Of a stretch of DNA of 64,000 bases, positions 30,393 through 40,750 are shown piece after piece (position 1 is the stretch's first letter; the number at the start of each line of letters is the position of its first letter). The stretch comes from Calditrichia bacterium (GTDB taxonomy: Bacteria > Calditrichota > Calditrichia > JAJRVZ01), in assembly GCA_963777955.1 (NCBI GenBank), contig CAVZSQ010000017.1, positions 231,737-295,736 of the forward strand. The letters run 5' to 3'. The position numbers and the translations under genes are program-made. The notes under the pieces are model-generated. The model worked only from the letters and a program-made list of their open reading frames with translations. It had not been told where the DNA came from and did no database searches.

Positions 30393-31286
30393 TCAACTGA
30401 ATATATCCTTTAGTACGTAGCCGGCAATATTGGGATTTTCCTTCAGGCGCCGGCTGGAGTATGCATACCATTTTTCACCAAAGGGCACATAAACCCGCAA
30501 ACGATGGCCGGCAGCCACAATTATACTGCGCAACTGTTCGTCAACTCCCAGCAACATCTGGAACTCGTAGTCCTCTTTTTTAAGTTTGAGTTTGTCGATC
30601 AGGGCCAGGGCCTGCCAGACAAGTTTTTCATCATGGGTGGCGATGCCGACGTAACATCCCGACTTCAGTAATTTTTTCAGGCACAAGGTATAGTTGTCGT
30701 TGATAATCTGCGGATCCTTGTAGGCAATATCGCGCGCTTCCACATAAATGCCTTTGCACAAACGCAGATTTGCTTTATGTTCCAGCAGTAAATTGACATC
30801 AGCCACGGTCCGGCGCAGATAAGCCTGCAGTACTACACCGACATTTTTGAATTCCCGCTGCAACCGTAAAAATATTTCAATGGTGTCCGTAGTGCAGGTA
30901 TGATCTTCCATATCAATCCGGACGAAATTATTATTTTTTTTGGCTTCCAGCACTACCTCGCGGATATTATTATAGCAGAATTCTTTATCGATTTTTAATC
31001 CCAGGTGGGTCGGTTTAACCGAGATATTCGAATCCAACTTATGCCGGGCGATGGCAGCCAATACTTCTTTATAACCGCTTACAACCTGTAAAGACTCATC
31101 CCTGTTTTTAACTTCCTCGCCGAGCAGGTCAATGGTAGCGCACATCCCCCGGGCGTTTAAGTCCTGGATTGTTTTGACAGCATCGGCCAGACGGAGACCG
31201 GCGATATATTTTTTGGCAAAAAGATGAACTATAAATTTGGGTACCAGAGGTAGAGAGAGCACGATAAGTTTGTTGATGAGGGACAT
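30393..31286 (-). CDS. Proline dehydrogenase (monofunctional PutA-like PRODH)
   Basis: PRODH TIM-barrel motifs (ATIDLLGEEV, GIATHDEKLV, YVPFGEKW). Start placed at Met 31286, which has an AAGGAG RBS. The longer ORF to 31406 runs into repeat-derived sequence. Confidence 0.8.
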   Translation of the reverse strand: MSLINKLIVLSLPLVPKFIVHLFAKKYIAGLRLADAVKTIQDLNARGMCATIDLLGEEVKNRDESLQVVSGYKEVLAAIARHKLDSNISVKPTHLGLKIDKEFCYNNIREVVLEAKKNNNFVRIDMEDHTCTTDTIEIFLRLQREFKNVGVVLQAYLRRTVADVNLLLEHKANLRLCKGIYVEARDIAYKDPQIINDNYTLCLKKLLKSGCYVGIATHDEKLVWQALALIDKLKLKKEDYEFQMLLGVDEQLRSIIVAAGHRLRVYVPFGEKWYAYSSRRLKENPNIAGYVLKDIFS

Positions 31287-31365
31287 GCTTACTCCTTTGT
31301 GCCAGATTGAATTTTCATGAAAATTTAGGCAGCAATGAGAATATGTTGCAACTTTAATTGATATA

Positions 31366-31480
31366 AAAAGGGACAAAAGGGACAAAGGGACAAAGTCGGA
31401 GGTCATCGCGAACAGATACCGCTGATTATAGTACAGGCGGAATGTACTCAGGTACTCAGGTACTCAGGAACTCAGGTCCT
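31366..31480. repeat. Mosaic intergenic repeat: (aagggacaa)x3 + aaagtcggaggtc + acaggcggaat + (actcaggt)x4
   Basis: Shares the 13-mer aaagtcggaggtc with 56100, and ggacaaagg / tacaggcgg(g)aat with 60523 and 60612. Octamer tandem as at 27155. Confidence 0.6.
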
Positions 31481-31767
31481 CAGAAACTAGAAGACTGATC
31501 GATCGATTTGGCCAGCTGGAAATCACGGTGGGTGAGGCCTTTGGCCGAGTGGGTACTTAAACGCAATTGCACCCGGTTGTAACTATTAAGAATATCCGGG
31601 TGATGATCCTGTTGTCCGGCAAGTTGGGCCACCACATTGACGAAAGCTATGGCGCTGTCGAAATCCTTGAATACCCATTCTTTCTGAATGGCATTGTCGA
31701 CATAATTCCAATCCGGCAATTCCTGAAGTTGCGCTGCGATTTCCTCGGTCGAAAGTTTTTTGGACAT
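31480..31767 (-). CDS. Pterin-4-alpha-carbinolamine dehydratase
   Basis: PCD/DCoH motif (EDHHPD variant QDHHPDILNSYNRVQLRLSTH). Confidence 0.85.
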   Translation of the reverse strand: MSKKLSTEEIAAQLQELPDWNYVDNAIQKEWVFKDFDSAIAFVNVVAQLAGQQDHHPDILNSYNRVQLRLSTHSAKGLTHRDFQLAKSIDQSSSF

Positions 31768-31869
31768 GGATATATTTCCCGCTTTTATGACTTCTGACGC
31801 AGATGGAATGCAAAATATTCCCTGATATTGAGCGATCTGATTGATCGGGGGCAGCAGGGATTTATCAGT

Positions 31870-32623
31870 TCAAACCGGGTTTGGTATATCAATAAATTTG
31901 ACCTGCAGCGGGAATTTACGGGAGAGATGATCGCTCAAAGCCATGATGCCGAATTTTTCGGTAGCATAATGACCGGCAGCGACAAAATGAATTTTTTCTT
32001 CTTTGGCATAATGCATGATATGCTCACTGGCTTCACCGGTGATGAATATATCCAGGCCTTCGGCCACAGCCCGGGTTATATCTTTTTGGGCAGCGCCGCT
32101 GATGATGCCGGCTTTGGATATATAATCCGGCCCGTAAGGAAAAACCAGAATCGGGCGGTTGATCAGGGCTTCAATCTTGACAAAAAAGACTGTCTTTGGG
32201 AACAGCTTCGGCGGTACCGCGGATGCCGATATAGTCACCATGCCGGCCGGCAAAGGGTTGCAGGTTTTTGAGATTCAGCGCCTGGCCCAGTTGGGCGTTA
32301 TTGCCAATTTCCGGGTGCGCGTCCAGCGGCAGATGGTAAGCCAGCAGATTAATATTTTCGGTTAACAGCAAGCGGATCCGCTCACGGTAGCTGCCCCGGT
32401 ACAAGGGGCGCTCAAAATCCCAGATCAGGCCATGGTGGACAATCACGGCCTCGGCTCGTTCGTGAACTGCCCGTTCGAACAGTTCCAGCGAAGCGCTGAC
32501 CGCCGTGATCACCCTGGAAATTTCCTCGCGGCCCTCGACCTGCAATCCATTGGGACAGGTATCCTTAAACTCACTGATATTTAAAAGCGTATTAAGATAT
32601 TCTACTAAATCTTGTCGCTTCAT
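31870..32623 (-). CDS. Nif3-family dinuclear metal-centre protein (YqfO/YbgI-like). Frameshift ~32200
   Basis: N-terminal part in ORF 32171..32623 (MKRQDLVEYLN...AYHLPLDAH) and C-terminal part in ORF 31870..32253 (...FITGEASEH...AAGHYATE), overlapping in different frames. Confidence 0.7.
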
Positions 32624-32629
32624 AATCTA

Positions 32630-33182
32630 TTAAGGATTCAAACCAAGTTCAGCGGCAACGGGCACGAGTGCCGTGATCACAAACTGGATATGCTGATCAA
32701 GTTCAACCCCCAGTTCTGCTGCGCCCTTAATGATCTCTTCCCGGTTTACCTTGGCAGCGAAGCGCTTGTCCTTCATTTTTTTCAGCACGGACGATACTTG
32801 TGACTTCGCTCAGTGACCGGGTAGGCCGCACCAGGGTTACTGCGATAATAAATCCGCACAATTCATCAACGGCATATAATACCCGCGCTGCCAGGGTATC
32901 GCGCGGAACTCCGCTGAAATCGGCATGTCCGAGAATGATCCTGCGGATATCTTCAGGCATACCCTTTTCGGTCAGGATCTCACTCCCCTTCCCGGGGTGT
33001 TGATCCGGATACATTTCATAATCAAAGTCATGGATCAGACCGATGGCACCCCACAGTTCCTCGTTCTCCCCGTATTTTTTGGCATAAGCCCGCATGGCAG
33101 CCTCGACTGAATAGGCATGCTTGCGCAGGGGATCGGTCCTGGTGTATTCATATAGAATCTGTAGGGCTTGTTCGCGATTCAT
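32630..33182 (-). CDS. HD-domain metal-dependent phosphohydrolase (HDIG-like). Frameshift ~32770
   Basis: HD motif region (HAYSVEAAMRAYA...GLIHDFDYEMY). The C-terminal 45 aa (MKDKRFAAKVNREEIIKGAAELGVELDQHIQFVI...GLNP) is encoded in another frame at 32630..32764. Confidence 0.7.
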
Positions 33183-33304
33183 AATCAGTACCTGCTATGT
33201 GATTAGTTCCTGGGGGTGGTGCCCCCAGTTATAATATAGAAATCTTTCAGATTTCTTTCACAGTACAGTAACAATTCATCAGTACAAAAGCACCATCCTG
33301 CTGG

Positions 33305-34102
33305 TTAACCGCAGAGTACGCTGCCGGCATTGACATTCAGTATCTCGCCGGTGATGGCCGAGGCCCAGGGCGAAGCCAGAAAGACAATCGGAGCAGCAAT
33401 TTCGGCAGCCAGCGGTATCCGTCTCTGCGGAATGGTGGCCAAAATTTTCTTTTTCTCATGGCGCAGGCGCAGAACGTCGGCCGACATATCAGTATCCACC
33501 CAGCCCGGGGCCACGCAGTTAACTTTTATTTTAAAAGGAGCAAGTTCCACCGCCAGCGATTTGGTCAGGCTGATCAGGGCCCCCTTAGTGGCGGCATAAT
33601 GGGAATGATAGGCTTCACCGCGCTGTCCGGCGGTGGAAGCTATAAAAATAATATCGCCGGGACGCCTGCTTTTTTTCAAATGGGCCACTACTAACCTGGT
33701 AAAATAAAATACACCGTCCAGATTAACCTGCATGGTATGCAACCAGTCCTTGCGGCTCAACCGGTCAATGGCCCCGCCTTCCCAGATACCGGCATTATTG
33801 ACCAGGATATCGATATGTTTAAATTTTTCGCCGGTGATATTAACAAAATTTTCGACCTGGGCATAATCGGCAACATCACAGCGTTGAGTAAAACTTGCGG
33901 TGGAATATTTCCTGATTTTACGCAGTACTTTAGCAGCGGCTTGCGGATTGGATTGATAGTTGAAGGCCACGCTGGCACCCAGCCGGGCGAACATTTCAAC
34001 CGTGGCAGCGCCGATACCCCGGCTGCCCCCGGTTACCAGCACTGTTTTGCCGTGAAAATCGAAGGGTGGAAAATTTTTATTTCTTCTGACTACTGGTCTC
34101 AT
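33305..34102 (-). CDS. SDR family NAD(P)-dependent oxidoreductase (3-oxoacyl-ACP reductase-like)
   Basis: TGGSRGIGAA Rossmann motif, NNAG, catalytic YxxxK (YAATKGAL). Confidence 0.85.
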   Translation of the reverse strand: MRPVVRRNKNFPPFDFHGKTVLVTGGSRGIGAATVEMFARLGASVAFNYQSNPQAAAKVLRKIRKYSTASFTQRCDVADYAQVENFVNITGEKFKHIDILVNNAGIWEGGAIDRLSRKDWLHTMQVNLDGVFYFTRLVVAHLKKSRRPGDIIFIASTAGQRGEAYHSHYAATKGALISLTKSLAVELAPFKIKVNCVAPGWVDTDMSADVLRLRHEKKKILATIPQRRIPLAAEIAAPIVFLASPWASAITGEILNVNAGSVLCG

Positions 34103-34517
34103 CGGCTTGAATCCGTTGCAGATACCAGAATTCGATTATTTTGTTGATCTTCTGTCTGGTATCTTTCAGCAGGTTTTTGAATTCGCAGCCCAGCCCTATT
34201 TTTTCAGATAATTGTGAACGCGATATCCAGCGCACTTCGGTATCCACATTGACAATTACTTCGGCGGCATGAGCACCGCGAATCTCGGTAAGCAATAAAC
34301 GATCCCCCTCCTTGATGCGTTGTTTCAGTACTGTATTGAAAGTCAATTGCAATCCCCCCTCACTGAGATTCAGCACCTGGGCGGTGATAGGTTGACCCCC
34401 CTTTACTCCGGGAGGATCAAGTAAGCCCACAATGCCGTCATCCAGTGTGAAAACGATACGGCTAAACTGCCTGCGCTCCTTGTCCTTGGTTTGCTTGGTC
34501 ATTTCTAACTCCATCAA
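34077..34517 (-). CDS. PilZ domain protein (c-di-GMP receptor)
   Basis: RxxxR (RRQFSRI) and DxSxxG (NLSEGGL) PilZ motifs. Confidence 0.7.
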   Translation of the reverse strand: MMELEMTKQTKDKERRQFSRIVFTLDDGIVGLLDPPGVKGGQPITAQVLNLSEGGLQLTFNTVLKQRIKEGDRLLLTEIRGAHAAEVIVNVDTEVRWISRSQLSEKIGLGCEFKNLLKDTRQKINKIIEFWYLQRIQADETSSQKK

Positions 34518-34805
34518 TCAGTGTCGGCCGAAGGGATTTAAATTCTCTGTACAACTATTTTTTGATCTGATAATATAAGAAAAAGTGCATTGTGTTACTA
34601 ATTCTGATTTAACACTTTAAATATAAAAATTATAGTAGATTAAAAGGGAGTTTGTGTTGTCCGGCTGATGTTATTGTAATAAAATGTAAATTATGTAATT
34701 TGTAATTGGTAATTTTTATAAATTTTAAGATAAGTGACCAATGGTCGTGATTTTATACGATATAAATAATTTAAAGTTAAGACCAGAAATTAGTATAAAG
34801 GAGGA

Positions 34806-36860
34806 ATGGGGATGAAGAAAATACTGACTTTAATACTGGGTCTGGTTATACTCGGATCTGTTTATGCTGACGGACCGGCAGTCAGCGGAGCGGTAATTAC
34901 CGATTCGCCAATTGATTTTTCTACCTTTTTTGCGGTCAACCGGTTGGGACCGCCGCAGGTTTCCGCATCCGGCAAGTTTATGGTGTTCACCGTTAAAAAA
35001 GCATTGCTGGCGGAAAATAAATACGAAACACAAATCTGGCGGATTGATGCGGATGGAAGTAATTTACGCCAATTGACCGGCGGTATTGCTGCCAGCACCG
35101 ATCCGCAGATCGGACTGGATGATGTATATTTGTATTTTCTGGCCAAACGGGGTACCACCAGCCAGGTGTGGAGATTACCGTTAAACGGCGGAGAGGCTAG
35201 GGCGGTTACCGATTTATACGGAGACATTTCCGGTTTCACACTATCGGCGGATAATAAAAACCTGTTGCTGCAGCGAATGGTCGATCCGGCCTGTAGCGGT
35301 GAAGAGAGCATTCAGCAGAGCAGTGAACAAAAGAAGAAAAGTAAATCCAAAGCCAGGGTTATTGACCATTTACTGTACCGGCACTGGAACGAGTGGCTGG
35401 AAGGGGAATTCGGACATCTTTTTTTATACAACCGGGAGAAAGCACAGGCTGAAGATATCACTCCCGGTGCCTATCACACTCCGCCGATCGCCCTGGGCAG
35501 CAGTCATGATTATTGTTTTTCGGCGGATGGCCGGGAGATATGTTTTGTCTCCAATCATGATCCCGAACCTGCCACCAGTACTAATAATGATGTCTTTCTT
35601 TATAATCTGCCGGAAAATAAGTTGACCAAAATAAGTATTAGTCCGGGTAATGATTGTAATCCGCATTACTCGCCTGACGGAGTTTATATCGCTTATACTT
35701 CCATGGAACGCGCCGGTTTTGAAGCTGACCGGCAGCGACTGATGTTGTATAAACGTAAGACAGGAGAAACTGCAGAACTGACGGTCGGTTTCACTCTTTC
35801 GGTTGACGAAATTATCTGGTCTGCGGACGGCCGCGATATATATTTCACAACTGAAGAAGCAGAGAACGTTTCAATTTATAAAGTGAATTTGAAAACGAAG
35901 AAAATTGAGGCGGTATTAAAGGGTCATTATGTCAGCGGGGTGAAGTTTTTAAATAAAGATGAACTGGTCTTCGCCGGGCAAAGCACCCGCTATCCGGCGG
36001 AAATATTCAGATATAATCTGCGGAACAGGAAACTTACCCAGTTGACTCATTTTAATACAGAAAACCTGGGCAGGTTTGAGTTGCCCGGGTATGAAGAATT
36101 CTGGTTCAAGGGTGCGCTGGGGGACAGCGTGCAGGGATTTATTATGAAACCGCCGGGTTTTGTTCAGGGGCAAAAATACCCGGCTGTGCATCTGATTCAC
36201 GGCGGACCGCAGGGGGCCTGGAACAACAACTTTCATTTCCGCTGGAATTACCAGATGTTTGCTGCGCCGGGGTACGTGGTGTACTGGATCAATTTTCATG
36301 GCAGCAGGGGGTACGGACAGAAGTTTACCGATATCATTTCCGGGCACTGGGGCGACTATCCTTACCAGGACCTGGTCAAGGGTACTGAATACGTGCTCAG
36401 TCATTACGACTATGTTGACGGCGGGCGCCTGGCAGCCGCCGGCGCTTCGTACGGCGGATTCATGGTCAACTGGATTGCCGGGCATGAGAATCCCTATAAA
36501 TGCCTGATTTCCCATGACGGCATTTATGAGCAGATCAGCATGTACGGAGCCACCGAAGAATTATGGTTCCCGGAGTGGGAATTCGGCGGATTGCCCTGGC
36601 AGGAAAATACAACCTATCAGCAGTGGTCGCCCGGACGGCTGGCCGGCAATTTCAAAACGCCGATGCTGATCGTGCATGGGGAAAATGATTACCGGGTGCC
36701 TTACACGCAGGGATTGCAGATGTTCACCGCCCTGCAGCGGCAGGGGGTACCCTCGCGGCTGTTGTATTTTCCCGACGAAGATCATTTTGTGCAGAAACCG
36801 CAGAATGCAAAGGTATGGTGGGATACGGTGTATGAGTGGTTGGGCAGGTATTTAAAATAA
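34806..36860 (+). CDS. S9 family serine peptidase (prolyl oligopeptidase/acylaminoacyl-peptidase type) with N-terminal beta-propeller
   Basis: Signal peptide. TolB-like propeller repeats. Catalytic GASYGGFM (GxSxGG), Asp (HGENDYRVP) and His (DEDHF). 684 aa intact. Confidence 0.85.
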   Translation: MGMKKILTLILGLVILGSVYADGPAVSGAVITDSPIDFSTFFAVNRLGPPQVSASGKFMVFTVKKALLAENKYETQIWRIDADGSNLRQLTGGIAASTDPQIGLDDVYLYFLAKRGTTSQVWRLPLNGGEARAVTDLYGDISGFTLSADNKNLLLQRMVDPACSGEESIQQSSEQKKKSKSKARVIDHLLYRHWNEWLEGEFGHLFLYNREKAQAEDITPGAYHTPPIALGSSHDYCFSADGREICFVSNHDPEPATSTNNDVFLYNLPENKLTKISISPGNDCNPHYSPDGVYIAYTSMERAGFEADRQRLMLYKRKTGETAELTVGFTLSVDEIIWSADGRDIYFTTEEAENVSIYKVNLKTKKIEAVLKGHYVSGVKFLNKDELVFAGQSTRYPAEIFRYNLRNRKLTQLTHFNTENLGRFELPGYEEFWFKGALGDSVQGFIMKPPGFVQGQKYPAVHLIHGGPQGAWNNNFHFRWNYQMFAAPGYVVYWINFHGSRGYGQKFTDIISGHWGDYPYQDLVKGTEYVLSHYDYVDGGRLAAAGASYGGFMVNWIAGHENPYKCLISHDGIYEQISMYGATEELWFPEWEFGGLPWQENTTYQQWSPGRLAGNFKTPMLIVHGENDYRVPYTQGLQMFTALQRQGVPSRLLYFPDEDHFVQKPQNAKVWWDTVYEWLGRYLK

Positions 36861-36974
36861 CCCTCCCCTCTGTCCCCTCCCTTTCAGTCCAAGGACTGAA
36901 AGGGAGGGGATAAAGGGGTGGGTCTTTATGGGCGCATTTTATGTGCGCCCATGCCGGGCAGATATTTAAAATAA
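36843..36974. repeat. Second copy of the palindromic element (36862..36955) flanked by 19 bp direct repeats gggcagRtatttaaaataa (36843-36861, 36956-36974)
   Basis: ccctcccctctgtcccctccctttcagtcc-aagg-actgaaagggaggggataaaggggtgggtc plus a second hairpin gggcgcattttatgtgcgccc. The flanking direct repeat duplicates the last codons and stop of the S9 peptidase gene. Confidence 0.65.
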
Positions 36975-36990
36975 TACGGATGGAGGATCC

Positions 36991-38231
36991 GATGAAATTA
37001 GGGAAAATGATCTTTGGTATTTTATTATTTACGATTTGTTACATTACTTTAACTGCGCAAGCAGCGGAAGACACCTGGCGGGCCTGTTGCACTTAAAAGT
37101 CAGATCACCCACGTCCAGCCAATGACCGGTATTGTGATGTGGGAAGATTCGAAAAACAGTTTTAGTACTGCCATCCAGCTGGAATATTCCTACATGCGCT
37201 ACTGCGATGTGGTCAGCGAAAAGGGGGTCTACGATTGGAATGCGGTCGAACGCAAACTGAATTCCACGGCCAGCCGCGGGCATCAGGCCGTACTGCGATT
37301 CTGGGATACTTATCCCGGCCGTGAGACCAGTGTTCCGGACTATATCAAGGCATTACCGGATTATAAGGAAACCATGGCTAAAAGTGAGGGTAGAGATACT
37401 GGTTTTCCGGACTGGTCCCATCCGGAATACCAGCGCTTCTTCCTGGAGTTTTACGAAAAATTTGCTGAGCAGTACGATCAGGACCCGCGCCTCGCATTTC
37501 TGGAAACCGGTTTTGGTCTGTGGGCTGAGTATCACATTTATTCAGGACCGGAAGAACCAGGAAAAACTTTTCCAAGTAAGGAGTTTCAAGCCCGCTTCTT
37601 CCAACACCTTAGTAGTGTACTTAAAAATACACCATGGATGATTTCAAAGGATGCCCACGACGGGAAACGCACCCCCTTTGTGCTGCAGCCCGAATTGCTC
37701 AAACTGAAGTTCGGTATTTTTGATGATTCTTTCCACCTGGCCTGGAAGCCGGGGTATAATCTGGAAGGCTGGACTTTTTTTGGTCGCGAGCGCTATAAAG
37801 AATCCCCTATGGGCGGAGAAATCCTGTTCCCTGACAAAGAACGTGAAGAACTGGTGTCAAAAAACTGGGCTGAACAGGCACGTAATTTCGGTATCACTTT
37901 TATGATTTGCGAACAATGGCCGCGTATGACAACAATGGAACGGATAGCTGAACATGGCCTGGCTTGTGGCTACAAGTTCAAGATTACCGGTTTTGAAACC
38001 AGTGCGACCGAGTCACGGGTGACAGTACTAAATACCGGTGTCGCACCAATTTACTACGATGCTTTTGTGAGCATTAATGGTGTCCGTGCTGTTGAATCGT
38101 TGAAATATTTACAATCTGGCTCAGCCAGACAATTCGTGGTTAAGGCAGGGGGTACCAATCCGAAACTGACCATTGCAGGCGACCGGCTGGTACCAGGACA
38201 ACAGATTGAATTTGCAGCGGATTTACAATAA
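36991..38231 (+). CDS. Secreted DUF4832/GH-like putative glycoside hydrolase. Frameshift ~37075 between signal peptide and body
   Basis: Signal peptide MKLGKMIFGILLFTICYITLTAQA from ATG 36991 in a different frame from ORF 37122..38231. Shares the GFGLWAEYH / GFWGEGH motif with the next gene. Confidence 0.55.
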
Positions 38232-38310
38232 AAATTTTGCCTCAAATATTCACCATGACCGGGGCCGGGTTTTAGTTGATGCTAAAAATAATGATCTGGG
38301 AGGATGAAAA

Positions 38311-39891
38311 ATGGATCGCAGAAACTTTTTGAAAACCACTGGTGCGGTAACCGTACTGACCAGTCTTAACTTCAAGCCGGGACAGGCGGATGTTCCGGAC
38401 CATCGCTGGGACGGCTATGATTTCGGACCAGGTCCATTTGTTTCAGAACGACTTAATCAGGGACCTTTTGGTATTGAACAGGATGAAGGATGGCAGACAA
38501 TCGGCTGGACTAATCCTTCAAAAGAACATATCAGAAACTTCGGGTTGGGATTAATTGGTTATACCTGGGAAGAAAACGGGCCTGCTCTGGCAGTACGCCA
38601 GGGTAAGGAATCCCTCGAAAAAAGTGTTGAAAAACTGGCCAGTCTTCCGTTCATGGATTTGCTTTATATTCGCTGCGACTGGCGGGATGTCCAAAAACGT
38701 CCGGGGCGTCTGGATCTGAACCCGGTCTGGAAACTTACTTTGGAAGCGGCTAAACAGTACAACCTGCGGGTGGGATTCCGGGTACAACTTTCCAGCCCCA
38801 ATTTTCAACCTGAGCAACTATCGCTGCCGGATTTTTTAATGGATAAAATTCCTCTGGTGAAAATTGGCCGGCGGCGTGGAGAGAAAGAGGTGAACGAATC
38901 AGGGAATTGGGAATATCGTGAACCCCGCTATGATCACCCTGAATTTCAAAAAGCATTCCGGGAATTGAATGAACTGCTGGCTGCCGAACTGGATGGACAG
39001 GCCGTGGTGGAATTCATGGATATGATGATGTACGGCTTCTGGGGGGAAGGGCATACCAATGCACTGCCCAATCCTTTTCCTGATTATCTGACAGCTGAAA
39101 AAACGATGGTGGAAATGACCCGTAGGCAAATCGATACCTGGAAAAAAGTGCCGTTAGTAATCAATACTCAGCCGGATATCAGTAAAACCGGAAACCGCGA
39201 ATGTCTGGACCTGGCTGTCCGGTCCGGCTGCTGGCTCCGTTCGGATAGTCTGGTCTATATTGAAGAACCCATTCAGATTGAATGTCTCTCCAACCGGCCG
39301 CCATGGCTGGGAGTAGTTCTGGAGGAAGGGAAAAATCGCCATTATAAACCGGAAGATCTTGAACTGGATAAAGCCGGTATCAACGATCGTGAAAATGCCA
39401 TGTACCATGTCCTGGATACTGCAGGAAATTACTGGGCGCTTTGGACCGAGGCCGAAAACCTGCGGGGATTCTATGATAAGCATCCTGATGGCTTTAATAT
39501 CCTGCAGCAGCGGATGGGATACCGGGTGCGTCCGTCCTGGATCTGGCAGCGCAAACGTTACGGTACAAGTGAAATTGTCCTGGCTGTGGCCAATGATGGG
39601 GTGGCCGGAGTGCCGGGGATACTGCGTATTTATGTGGAGAGTATGGATGGGAAAGTAAAGGTAGGCGGGGGGTTGGATGCTGGTCAACCTTACGGTGGAC
39701 GCCTGAGACAGGCTTCATTTATTCTGCCTGCCGGGATGGAAGGACAGCAAATTAAAATACGTGCTGAAATTGAGACGAAAGGAATTCGCCGGCCGGTAAA
39801 ATGGGCCTGCAGCCAGCAGCTTAATCCGGATGATTCGTTTACTGTGCAACTCAAGACATTTGCTGATGCCGGCTGGCGCAAAGGGATCTGA
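38311..39891 (+). CDS. Tat-secreted DUF4832/DUF4874-type putative glycoside hydrolase
   Basis: Twin-arginine signal MDRRNFLKTTGAVTVLTS. MMYGFWGEGH motif. Paralogous to the upstream gene. Confidence 0.55.
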   Translation: MDRRNFLKTTGAVTVLTSLNFKPGQADVPDHRWDGYDFGPGPFVSERLNQGPFGIEQDEGWQTIGWTNPSKEHIRNFGLGLIGYTWEENGPALAVRQGKESLEKSVEKLASLPFMDLLYIRCDWRDVQKRPGRLDLNPVWKLTLEAAKQYNLRVGFRVQLSSPNFQPEQLSLPDFLMDKIPLVKIGRRRGEKEVNESGNWEYREPRYDHPEFQKAFRELNELLAAELDGQAVVEFMDMMMYGFWGEGHTNALPNPFPDYLTAEKTMVEMTRRQIDTWKKVPLVINTQPDISKTGNRECLDLAVRSGCWLRSDSLVYIEEPIQIECLSNRPPWLGVVLEEGKNRHYKPEDLELDKAGINDRENAMYHVLDTAGNYWALWTEAENLRGFYDKHPDGFNILQQRMGYRVRPSWIWQRKRYGTSEIVLAVANDGVAGVPGILRIYVESMDGKVKVGGGLDAGQPYGGRLRQASFILPAGMEGQQIKIRAEIETKGIRRPVKWACSQQLNPDDSFTVQLKTFADAGWRKGI

Positions 39892-39964
39892 GTTAAGAAT
39901 TTGAAACAACGGACCGGCCGGATTGTTATCTGCATATTCAGTATCATTAATGGAGGATAGCGAA

Positions 39965-40718
39965 ATGGTTAAAAGGATTATATTCATGACTATGCTGATT
40001 TATTTTTTAACCGGCTGGTCATATAAATCTTTATCCCCTGTTAATATAGTTTATGCGGAGGAAAGAAATAAGATGGTGCTCAAAGTCAAAAAGACAAAAG
40101 ATTTTCAGGTCTCGGGAGATGGTAAATTTCTTGTCTGGGATTCCACTGAATGGCTGTCCCTGCCGCAGCGAAGAGGAAAAGATACGGGTTACCAGACCGC
40201 TATCAAGGTTCTCTATTCGGACAGCGGAATATATTTCCTCTTCCGCTGCAGCGACGGAATATTAAAAGCTTCTTTACAGGAAGATTTTATGGACTTGTGG
40301 AAAGAGGATGTAGTGGAAGTTTTTATCTGGCCGGATGAAAAGTATCCTGTTTATCTTGAATATGAATTATCTCCACTGAATCATGAGCTGAGTTTTGTTA
40401 GTCCCCAACTTTGAAGGAAGTTTGTGGGGGTGGCGTCCCTGGCATTACGAAGGAGACCGCCTGGTTCGCCATGCCACAGCGGTTCAGGGCGGAAACAAAG
40501 AAAGTGGTTCGAAAATCAGCGAGTGGACCGCCGAATTTTTTATTCCGTATGGGTTGCTCAAGCCGTTGCAAAACGTACCACCGCGGCCGGGAACGGAATG
40601 GCGGGCCAATTTTTATCGTTGTGATTATGATACGGGAGAGAGTGCTTACTGGTCGTGGCAGCCGGTGGATAAGCGTTTTCACGAATACAAGAAATTCGGG
40701 ACCCTGGTCTTCGAATAG
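39965..40718 (+). CDS. Carbohydrate-binding family 9 (CBM9)-like secreted protein. Frameshift ~40400
   Basis: N-terminal signal/TM MVKRIIFMTMLIYFLTG. CBM9-like segments in ORFs 39923..40414 and 40395..40718 in different frames. Confidence 0.5.
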
Positions 40719-40750
40719 GTCCGGACAGATAAAAGCGAGGGAAATATTTT

